Shown in pieces: positions 55,393 through 64,000 of a stretch of 64,000 bases of DNA. A program made the position numbers and the translations under genes. Source of the stretch: Eukaryota sp. TZLM1-RC (taxonomy: Eukaryota > Protista > Metamonada: BaSk clade); NCBI GenBank assembly GCA_040285825.1, contig JAUPSS010000002.1, forward strand, positions 1,364,001 to 1,428,000. The letters are read 5' to 3'. How positions within the stretch are numbered: position 1 is the first letter of the stretch; each line of letters opens with the position of its first letter. A model generated the notes under the pieces. The model was not told the DNA's origin. It saw nothing but the letters and a program-made list of their open reading frames with translations, and made no database searches.

Positions 55393-55829
55393 AGCTCCAC
55401 TGTTTTATTAGTTTATTTTAATCAAATCAAAATTTAAATTCTAAATTTGTTTTAACGGTAAAGTGGAGTTCTTCTATGGATTTATATCTTTAAGTTGTTT
55501 CACTGAAATAAAATTTGATTTCCATTTTTCTATTCAACCCATCATAATTTAAAACAATAACAACATATATGCTTTCTTTATTGAACTACAACACTTAAAT
55601 AAAATCAGACCTAATGGGACTGAATTCAATCAAAAATATCCTCATTGTTTTATCTTGAACCAATTTTCGTAAATTATTCAAAAAAACTTCTACTTATAGT
55701 TTTCTGTTTATGGAAAATATAAAAGAACTAAACACAAGTGGTATGTTTTTATCTCGTTTCCATCTGCAACAACCGCCTTTTGGAGGCCAAAAACAAAACA
55801 GCAATTGTAGATTTCATGTTGTACAGCTG

Positions 55830-56478
55830 ATCCACGTGTACATTTTTAGTACTCAAAAAAAATAAACATTTTATTCTAAAACTTCCAGGAAGAATTCCCG
55901 AACGAACATCTATAAAAAGATGTTCAAAGTTGAGATGAAGACTGTTGATCACGAACTGAGGATGGTTGGGCCATCAAGACAAGCTGTGAAAACCCCAACG
56001 AAGTGCTTTTTGAAGGAGATTCACAAAAATTTTACATATGTCAAACTTAATGGAGATAAATTCTAGACATCTGCCAAAACAAATTGCTGTAAGGTATTCA
56101 ATCAAAAGGTGTATCACGATGATGGGAGGGTGAACAATGATAAGTTTGTTTGCCCTCAATGTCAGACACTCTGGTCGAGGGACATCTCAGCCTCCAGAAA
56201 CCAGCCGGAGATTGCCATAAGTGAGCACTACTACAATGAAAGACCTCAGGCGTTCCGGAGACCCCGTAGATAAGTGTTTTTCCATGTATTGCGTACCTGT
56301 ACGCGCATTGTGATGTTGCTGCTTTAACTATCATTTGATCGTGATATCATATAGTGATAGCTCTAAAGTATGCTTAACGTCTATCAAGATTACATGAATT
56401 GGTCAAAAGCTAGAAGTGCGTTTTGATAGAAATTCATAGTTATAACCTAAAGAACCGAGGAGGCCATTCTTACAGATA
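55830..56478 (+). pseudogene. Fanzor family F4 C-terminal remnant (stop 56271-56273) plus a ~200-nt 3' segment
   Basis: Hand translation GDKF*TSAKTNCCKVFNQKVYHDDGRVNNDKFVCPQCQTLWSRDISASRNQPEIAISEHYYNERPQAFRRPRR*. Confidence 0.8.
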
Positions 56479-56705
56479 TTGTCTGCACGTTTGATTGATG
56501 AGGACACTTTGAATTATTTTGGTCGTAACAGAGGTGATTTAATGCTTGAAGGACTTGATGGGACCACTATCATTACTGCTGTGAGATCAACTGATGTGAG
56601 TAATAATTCTTTTATACCATTAGCTCAGTCAACACACAAGAATCCGCTGTCTGTTGTTGAAAACTCTAAAATTGGTAAATGTAAGTTTTTTCTTTGAATG
56701 CGGAA
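56479..56705 (+). mobile_element. Family A fragment, left part; continues at 59846-59919
   Basis: FGRNRGDLMLEGLDG..; resumes with LNAESHTHYVLCPFAFSLHGTLG after the family B insertion. Confidence 0.85.
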
Positions 56706-56981
56706 GTATTTATTGAATTTGCACACTTAATTAAATTAACTCATAACTAATGGGACGACTATCATTGAACCAAGATTTCCTCTACAAAATCTTGATCTGC
56801 TTGCTGTCTAGCTAAAGCTTCTCTTATTCTATTAAAAAACCGAGGTAATCTATTAATAATGGCAAATTGAATCCGTGAACGCCATAAAAAAATATCAAAT
56901 CTTTTCATTGCTTTTTGTTGAACCATTTTCTGGAAATCATTCAAAACAGTTTCTGCTCCATCTTCCATTTATCGAAAATGG

Positions 56982-58084
56982 TGTTGTTGTTGCACTCAAA
57001 TTGAATTAGTAGGTTTCTTTGTATTTCGACTGATGACGTGATACTCATTTATGAATCAGTTTTATTAATAAACAACAGATTTCTCTCTCTCCTTCGTGTG
57101 TTCATCTGCCTAACGGCATCAATAATTATTGGCCCTTCTTATTTCAGATGACTGTTCCTTCTGTCAACCTCCCGTCTCTTTCTTCCATGAAAGTTGAAAG
57201 TGTTCTCTTGTTCCTACAAGAGTGGAAGATCTATTCTTCTGTGACTTCTAAGAAAGAGCTTGTTCCAGCAAGACTCTTGGTCGATTCTTTTCTGTTAGAG
57301 TCCCTATCTCTCCAGAAATCCGACGTCTCTTCCAGTGACGATGTTCTTCTTAGACATCTTCAATCTGTCGTATCGTTCGCCATGTACGAAGATTTTAGTC
57401 TGGCTATGTCAGAACTGAAGCTTGATGTCCGTATTGGTGACGTCCGAGAACGTATGTCCTGTTACCTGCGACGTTTCCTCCAGGTAAAGAGTAGGGCTTC
57501 CGGACTGAAGTTACCAGACACAGCTTTTCTGAATCGATTTGCCAGAGGAATTCTTCCCGTAGGTCTTCAACGTTCTCTACTAGCGAGAATTCGAGATGAT
57601 GTATTCCCAGATCTTCACTCTCTTGTCGAAACCACTACTGATGAGCTGTTGGACTGCTCTAGGGTTGCTTCATGGACTCGTGGTTTCAAAACCTCAGTGA
57701 ATGATGTGGAACGTACGGCTGGCACTAAAACGAGGTCCTCTTGGCGCTCTCAGGATTTAAAAAATCAATCGTGCTTCAAGTGCCACAAGCCTGGACACAT
57801 CTCCCGCGATTGTCCATCTAAAATCAAACATGAGGTAAATTATTTGTGTCACACAAACGATGCACCAAAGAGTTTAACAAACCCCATATCTTCCCTCTAT
57901 TGAGCCAGTACTGTATTTGTCCTCAGAAAAGTGGGAAAAAGTAGTGTTGTTGTTGCACTCAAATTGAATTAGTAGGTTTCTTTGTATTTCGACTGATGAC
58001 GTGATACTCATTTATGAATCAGTTTTATTAATAAACAACAGATTTCTCTCTCTCCTTCGTGTGTTCATCTGCCTAACGGCATCA
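56982..58084 (+). mobile_element. gag-only LTR retroelement (140-bp LTRs at 56982-57121 and 57945-58084)
   Basis: Apparently identical TG...CA LTRs, 4-bp TSD ATGG, PPT AGAAAAGTGGGAAAAAGTAG. Confidence 0.95.
57148..57903 (+). CDS. Gag-like protein with a CCHC zinc knuckle
   Basis: CFKCHKPGHISRDC; retrotransposon capsid-like Y..RF......F..G pattern. Confidence 0.88.
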   Translation: MTVPSVNLPSLSSMKVESVLLFLQEWKIYSSVTSKKELVPARLLVDSFLLESLSLQKSDVSSSDDVLLRHLQSVVSFAMYEDFSLAMSELKLDVRIGDVRERMSCYLRRFLQVKSRASGLKLPDTAFLNRFARGILPVGLQRSLLARIRDDVFPDLHSLVETTTDELLDCSRVASWTRGFKTSVNDVERTAGTKTRSSWRSQDLKNQSCFKCHKPGHISRDCPSKIKHEVNYLCHTNDAPKSLTNPISSLY

Positions 58085-59918
58085 ATGGGAAAGCAATGAA
58101 AACTAGCTGTGTATTTCTATCAGCATTAGCCTCTTCAATATCTTTATTATATTTTCTATGTTGTTCTTTTGCTTTAAAATCAAGAGCACTCACAGGATTA
58201 AGTTTTCCTTTGTGAACCAAAGTATCATTTGCAACATTACATGAGACAAAGTCAACAACAGCTTCAGAGTTATCAATCAAATCACAGTATACATCACCTG
58301 TATCATCAGAATCAAAATTATTCAGAGAGAGTGTTTCCTTCAGCAGAGGCTCTTTGATACACGATATTCTTGCAGTTTTTGCCATATTGAAAACAGTGTC
58401 TCTAACAGCATCATGTAATGAAGAACGATAAGTTATCAATTTAGAGCAATTCAGAGCATGGAGCAAAGTGAGTTGAGGTGAATTCGAACAAATACATTTT
58501 TCTTTTGATAATAATTGATGAATGGGGATATTCAAATATAATCTCATTTTTGTTACAAATGCTTCATTAGTGGCACACAATCCAAATGTTCGTGGTACAA
58601 TGGTTACAAAAAGTGAAGAATCTGATGACTTGTTTTCACAAACACCCTTTTCCAATAACAATGAGTGAAGATCTTGATTTAAAACAGCCGAGCTGCATAT
58701 ATTATTATAAAGATCTTTTTCATACATTCCAGTCAATCGTTTCTGTAATGTTCGCAGAGTGTATTGTAAATTTAAGAAATTCTTTTCCGCTAGATTATCA
58801 TTGAATGATTGGGGAAAGCATCAACTCCATTTTTCTACATCAATTTTTGGAATTTTATCATTTAAAGCAAAAAAGTAGAACTTTGCGTTGTCATTAATGA
58901 ATCTTCCCAATCGGCAAATCTTGCAGAAAACTCAAAAATTGCATTTCTACATCCACCAATAAAAGCACATGAAGTAAGAATAAAAGCCTTTGTCCAACCT
59001 AAACCGCCATAATGTATACTAAGATCAGCATGAGCAGGAATTTGGAACATTTTACATCCTAGTAATTGTGATAAATTTTTTGCATGTAGTTCATTGAACT
59101 TTCGGGCCAAAGGCCTAGAGATAAGAGGATTTTTAGATCGAAATATATGATTACAGTTGGAACTAAAACAGTGTCTTATAATCGTAAATTTGATGTGTTT
59201 TTGTATATCTAAATTCAACATTCGGTCAATTTTGTCAGAAATTGAGTTCAACTTTTCAAAGAATTTTTTGGTAATTTCATCATTATTTCCTAAAAACGAA
59301 CCCAAATGACGAATAGCATCAATTGAATATAATTTGGCTTGAATTTCAATACCATCAACTATTGTGGAAACTGGAGAATTCGATAACAAAACACATTTAA
59401 GTAAATTAAGCCGAAGACCAATTTTGGTAAATAATTCTTTAAAACATACAGTTGCTTGTTTCAAAATATTTAAATCACCAATAAGCACAACATTATCCAT
59501 ATATGCAATCATTTTTAGCGAAGGAAACATCTCTTGAATTTGCAATAAAATAGGATGAATGGCCAAACACAACAGAAGAGGTCCTAACGGATCTCCTTGC
59601 TTTACACCACTTGATGCACTCATAATGTAATTACCAAAATGTAAATTAGAATATGTGCTATATGTTGATAGAAAATACGGCATTAATTCCGGCATATATT
59701 GCAATAAAGCACCATGGATACTGCGACGATTGAGTGAATTAAATGCATTACTAAAATTGAATGACATACAAACATTGGATTCATTTTGGCGACATAGCAC
59801 AGCAGTAGCAAATATCGGTGAAGAGACTCCATCAGTGGTATTAAATCCTTGAATGCTGAATCTCACACTCATTATGTCCTTTGTCCATTTGCTTTTTCCT
59901 TACATGGTACGCTTGGAC

Positions 59919-61790
59919 CAACATTATGCTCACAACTGATGAATTAAAACATCTGTTATAGCAGATTGTAGATGTTGACGTGCAGTTACATCATCTTAGA
60001 TCTAATCGGCTAGCGTTTTTTTATTCATTATTTTATTCATTATTTTCTTTTGATTTTTACTTCTTGTTTTTCAGTTTCAATGTGTGTGCCAAGACCAATA
60101 ACAGAGTGTTTTTGACAATAAAGAACTTGATGGGTTTTCTGAGAAACAGCCCCAGAACCGCTAAATCCAATTTCTTGAGTTTTTTAATAAAGAATTTCCG
60201 AGTATAGTCTCCGTGGGAACTGTATTCAAAAAAATAGAAATTGTTCGAAAAATCAAACAGTAGAAGGAGTTTAATAATAGATTAATGACTACAAAATTGA
60301 ATTAACATTGGAGCATTGATGTTTTTTCAAAATTAAAGGGATTATGTCCACTTATTTCACATGCCGAAAATGAAGACCAAAATACGTTTGATTCACCAAA
60401 ATATATTTTAGATAAATACAAATCTTTTCAAATCAACCTTGTGAACACTTATCACAGTGCAATTCGATAGTCTCAAGCGCTTAATTAAACGCAATTGTTT
60501 CAGAATTAAACATAATCCAAGTTTCTCCCAAACTATTAAAATAAAGAAATACACAACTAGAAATCCACATCCAAGACCTACCTCCCCTTCATTGAAACAG
60601 TTAATTGCTAATGATTCAGAAAATTTACCAAAAGAAGAAAGTGAATCAGAAACTAATTTCACCATTCCCTTATAAAGGGCAATTACAATCCTGTTTTACC
60701 AGTAAACACGGCTGAAAATTTTCCAATCCTTTCCTTTACAAATACATTAAAATTCTTAAGGAAAGCCGAAACAGCCTTACTTCAAAATCCGAGCAAGGAA
60801 AAACAAAGGGACTTAAATTATATTGGGCATGAGAATTTTCATTGACAGAAGAAATAGGTTTCGCATATTTAGCAATTTTATATTTTTCACCAGCAAGAAG
60901 AGGATTATTGAGATCTGAATTGATGAAATGTTCGTTAAAAGAATTACAGGAAATCAATGGGCTTGGCGTCTAAAATAGTAAAACTACCATTGAAATTGGG
61001 AACAACTAGATCACCTCCCGTCAGACCCATAGAAGCTCTGCTGTAGCGCGTACTATCAATATTGGGGGGTTCATCAAGAATTAATTTTGATAACAAAGGC
61101 TCCAAAAGGGAATCTGCTCGATATGATTTACACATTACATAAATATGGTCATTGACATTATTATGTGCTTTTCTTCTATATGTAATAACCTGCTTGAAGT
61201 TCAAAAGATGAGTAAACAAAAGAGGTTTACCACATTTACATGTTAAATGATTGGGCAAATTGTTTGGCCATAGAAAACAACGAAAACGCATGTTTAAAAG
61301 CCATTCATTGTTTTTTTAACAAAAGTCTATAAACAGAGGGAATTTGCGTTACTAAAGCAGCAGCAGAACTATCATAAATGTCCTTTAAATAATTTCCGAA
61401 TGCGGGATTTTGAGTTTTGCCCAAGCCAAATCTTGTTTCATAAACCAAACTTTCATATAATTTAACCAGATGGTGCTTTTTCAGGCAAAAACCTAAATTT
61501 GGGAGTAATCGGTTGGGAATTTTTGAACATTTTAAGGAAAGCACTGAATCCAGATATCACTGGGCAAATTATCTAATTCAAATTGAAAGTTGATTTAAAT
61601 AAAAATTTGATTCACCATGGATCAAATGAATCTCATAAGTGAACCTGTGGAAAAATTCAAAAATAGAATTTTTTCCGCCTCCAAAAAAAGCTGCTTTACA
61701 TAAAATCGAAGATTTAGTGAAACCAATTCCACGTAAATCCACAGAACAAAATACATGACTTCGAATTAAAGATTCATTTACTTCCAACAG
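59919..61790 (-). mobile_element. Family C retrotransposon remnant with the same ~600-bp 3' extension
   Basis: Colinear with 14890-16745. Confidence 0.85.
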
Positions 61791-61959
61791 TACCCTTGGT
61801 CTGCAATTGAATGAAAATGGGAGTGGTAAATCCTGAAAATGTTATGGCATTGTCAACAACCCTATCCCAATAAGCGCCACATTCCTCCGTTTTGACAGCG
61901 TAACAGACCATAGCAAATGACTCGCTTAATATTATCTTTTTTTGGTTCTTTTGTTGTAG

Positions 61960-62710
61960 TTCATGAATTTTGTTTTGTAGATTTTGATATTGGACCTTCA
62001 GGGTTGCACTTTTTTGAAAATTTCAAAAGTGTTACTGAATAGGTCTGGTAAAACAATGAATTCCACTTTCGGGTAAAATAGAATTGTTTTTTGCATTTTC
62101 AAGTCTATTCCAACAATGATTTCAAAGGCACTTTTAGCTATTGGTGTAGAATATGAACGTAATGCTGTGAGTAGGTTTAGTAATAGTGAAGCTTGTTTGG
62201 AGGATATTGAATTCTAGATGAGTTTGATTCTTATTTCAATAAATTAAATTTTATTCAAAAAAAAAAGATTTTGATAGAATCAACATTCTGCTTTTTTGCC
62301 TTTTGCTTTTTTCGTTCTGTTGTTGGTTTGCACACTCTACTAAGTTGCCATTTATCCAACGCTGAAGAAAGAAAATAAAAAAAATGAAGAACCGTTGACA
62401 CATTTTGGTAGAGTCGAACACCTGAAATATCAGTTTGTGACGTTTGTTTTTTCTCTTTTTGGCAATGTTGGGCCTACTGGATTGCATTTCTTTGAAAATT
62501 TCAAATATAGTTTTGCAAACAAGGTCTTGTAACTAGTTTAACTTTTCTTTCTGGTTAAATGAAGTTGTTTTTTTCACTTTAAAATCTATTCCAACAATGA
62601 ACTTTAAAGTCCTTTTAGTTATTGGTGTGAAATATGAGCGAAATGTTGTGAACAGGTTTAGTAATTGTGATGCGTGTTAGAGGATATGTTCTTGGATTGA
62701 TAAAACAATA
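61960..62710 (+). mobile_element. Two tandem 3' fragments of a fifth CRE-like family (E), at ~61960-62260 and ~62400-62710
   Basis: FSLFGNVGP..LHFFENFK...W.N..VF...KSIPTM, homologous to the RLE tails of the other families. Confidence 0.7.
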
Positions 62711-62760
62711 GTGAGAATTGTCAATTTAGTAACAATTCTTCACAAAAGCTTTTCTATACA

Positions 62761-62832
62761 ACTAAGCTCATTGTAATAGCTGAAGCCGGAATGAGAGGTA
62801 ATGGAAGGCCTCAGTATCTGTGTAGTAGATAG
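62761..62832 (+). pseudogene. Possible Fanzor extreme C-terminal remnant
   Basis: IVIAEAGMRGNGRPQYLCSR* resembles the Fanzor1 tail I.....G..RP.YL.R. Very short. Confidence 0.4.
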
Positions 62833-62899
62833 ATTTTGTAATTATTCCACACGAAAATTGATTGTGTATTTATGGCCAATTTCCTATTTAATCTCTCTA

Positions 62900-64000
62900 A
62901 TGGTTGATTGGGTTGCAGTAGTGGACAAGTCATCATCCCGTCTTTACTACTACTCACCCAAATCTCGTCAAGCCAGATGGCTCAAACCAGAGTCTGATTC
63001 TGTGTTGTATAGTCCTGAAGCAAAGTCTCTGTTATCAAGCACTACTTCGCTTTCATCCCCACCTCCTCCTTCTTCATGCTCACCTTCAGCTCCACAGTCT
63101 AAATTATCCATTGATCTCTCGCACAAAATCAAGGCTGCCTTCTTTAAATCATCAATAGGCCAGATAGGATCTTTGATGTCACTTTTCCTCTCTCAACTTG
63201 AAGAACGGTCGCTTCCTGAAATCCAATGTTTTTCTGGTACCTTCTACAGCCACTGGAACGCATGGTTGAAACGGTGCTCTCCATCACTGACTTTGCAGTT
63301 TATATCTCGCTTTTTAGAGTTTTCTTTTTCCCTAGCTTGCTCTCTCATTTCTTGCATCGATAATGCTGAAATTAATACTGATTTTCACTCTCCACCACCA
63401 GAGAACATCTCTTATGTAATTACTCTATTTCAAAGTGTTTTGAATTTATTAAAACAACTTTATTCGGCTGATTTGTTTACTCTTTTTTGCCAAGGCCAGC
63501 TTCACCTATCAGATTCTCTTTCTATCAACACCTTACAAATTCCTAGTAATTCTATACTGGGTCGATTTCTTTCTTGTTTTGTTTCATGTATTTGTTGTTG
63601 TAATGATAATAGTGAATTTAATTCAATAGCTTCCCAATTAATTAAACTTATATTCATCAAAATTGATTCACAATGGACAGGAGCTTTATTTTCAAAGATT
63701 TTTGTTGATTTTATCGTTGATTGCTGTTTAGAATCATTTTTGGATCAAAAAACTGCTATTATGAACCTTTTTGAGCTTGTTGATTGTGATTTTTCAATCA
63801 ACTTTGATGGTTTTGATTCTTTAATTTCTCTTGTTTGTGAACTACAACTAAATTCAAACCCCCACGATTCAGCAGATTTGAACAGAACCCCATCTATTTG
63901 TTCCCCACTAAGGCCAAGTACATTTTCTCCAACATTGTCTCTATCACCAAGGCCACCTCCTTTGGTAGAGAATTGTTTTCACTCATTTGTTCACAGGAAT
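62900..64000 (+). CDS. WW-domain protein, runs off the window
   Basis: MVDWVAVVDKSSSRLYYYSPKSRQARWLKP; the frame is open to 64000. Absent from the ORF track. Confidence 0.85.
   Translation, partial: MVDWVAVVDKSSSRLYYYSPKSRQARWLKPESDSVLYSPEAKSLLSSTTSLSSPPPPSSCSPSAPQSKLSIDLSHKIKAAFFKSSIGQIGSLMSLFLSQLEERSLPEIQCFSGTFYSHWNAWLKRCSPSLTLQFISRFLEFSFSLACSLISCIDNAEINTDFHSPPPENISYVITLFQSVLNLLKQLYSADLFTLFCQGQLHLSDSLSINTLQIPSNSILGRFLSCFVSCICCCNDNSEFNSIASQLIKLIFIKIDSQWTGALFSKIFVDFIVDCCLESFLDQKTAIMNLFELVDCDFSINFDGFDSLISLVCELQLNSNPHDSADLNRTPSICSPLRPSTFSPTLSLSPRPPPLVENCFHSFVHRN

Larger units (their letters stand above)
56706..59845 (-). mobile_element. Family B CRE-like retrotransposon (RT to RLE), 5'-truncated and interrupted by an LTR element
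   Basis: FSNAFNS, GVKQGDPLGPLL, AYMDN, HLGS, GGLG and C-terminal RLE motifs. Degenerate 15-bp TSD at 56691-56705 / 59846-59860. Confidence 0.92.

Noticed and set aside
40639-59860. AATG core shared by several TSD regions as a target consensus
   Set aside because: It is a common tetramer in AT-rich DNA, with inconsistent orientation and different element classes.
60070-60612. One + frame has ~10 TAA/TAG but no TGA for ~180 codons, suggesting a TAR=Gln genetic code
   Set aside because: Host genes end in TAA, TAG and TGA with no internal TAR. The absence of TGA over this length is not improbable across six frames, and the sister copy is frameshifted.
1-64000. CRISPR array, tRNA or rRNA genes
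   Set aside because: No regularly spaced repeat-spacer array, cloverleaf or rRNA-like sequence was seen.

Overview
AT-rich, gene-dense eukaryotic DNA from a flagellated protist. Evidence: an intronless 4098-aa inner-arm dynein, standard genetic code, and rare 27-29 nt GT-AG introns. About 17 host genes are present (SPCS2, Tubby, P5A-ATPase, LRR, long-chain acyl-CoA synthetase, DNAH1-like, SLC12A9-like, divergent E2F/DP, LSm2, 2-hydroxyacid dehydrogenase, NOL12/Rrp17-like, MRG-domain, WW-domain and several unknowns). Convergent genes are tightly packed, while the 5' sides of genes are filled with transposon debris. The debris comprises (i) at least five families of CRE-like, restriction-like-endonuclease non-LTR retrotransposons, often nested with visible target-site duplications; (ii) two complete small LTR elements lacking pol, plus a partial third, the complete two sharing a palindromic non-canonical primer-binding region; (iii) a pogo-like TIR element; and (iv) up to seven remnants of Fanzor (eukaryotic TnpB-like RNA-guided nuclease) elements from about four or five families, mostly invisible in the ORF track. 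One Fanzor family keeps all three RuvC motifs and has a ~280-310 nt multi-hairpin 3' segment, a candidate omegaRNA. This segment occurs in three copies that stop at the same boundary and then run into three different flanks (candidate guides). Most Fanzor 3' ends sit about 60-230 bp upstream of, and co-oriented with, a host gene start. All family assignments come from motif recognition by eye; no database search was run.
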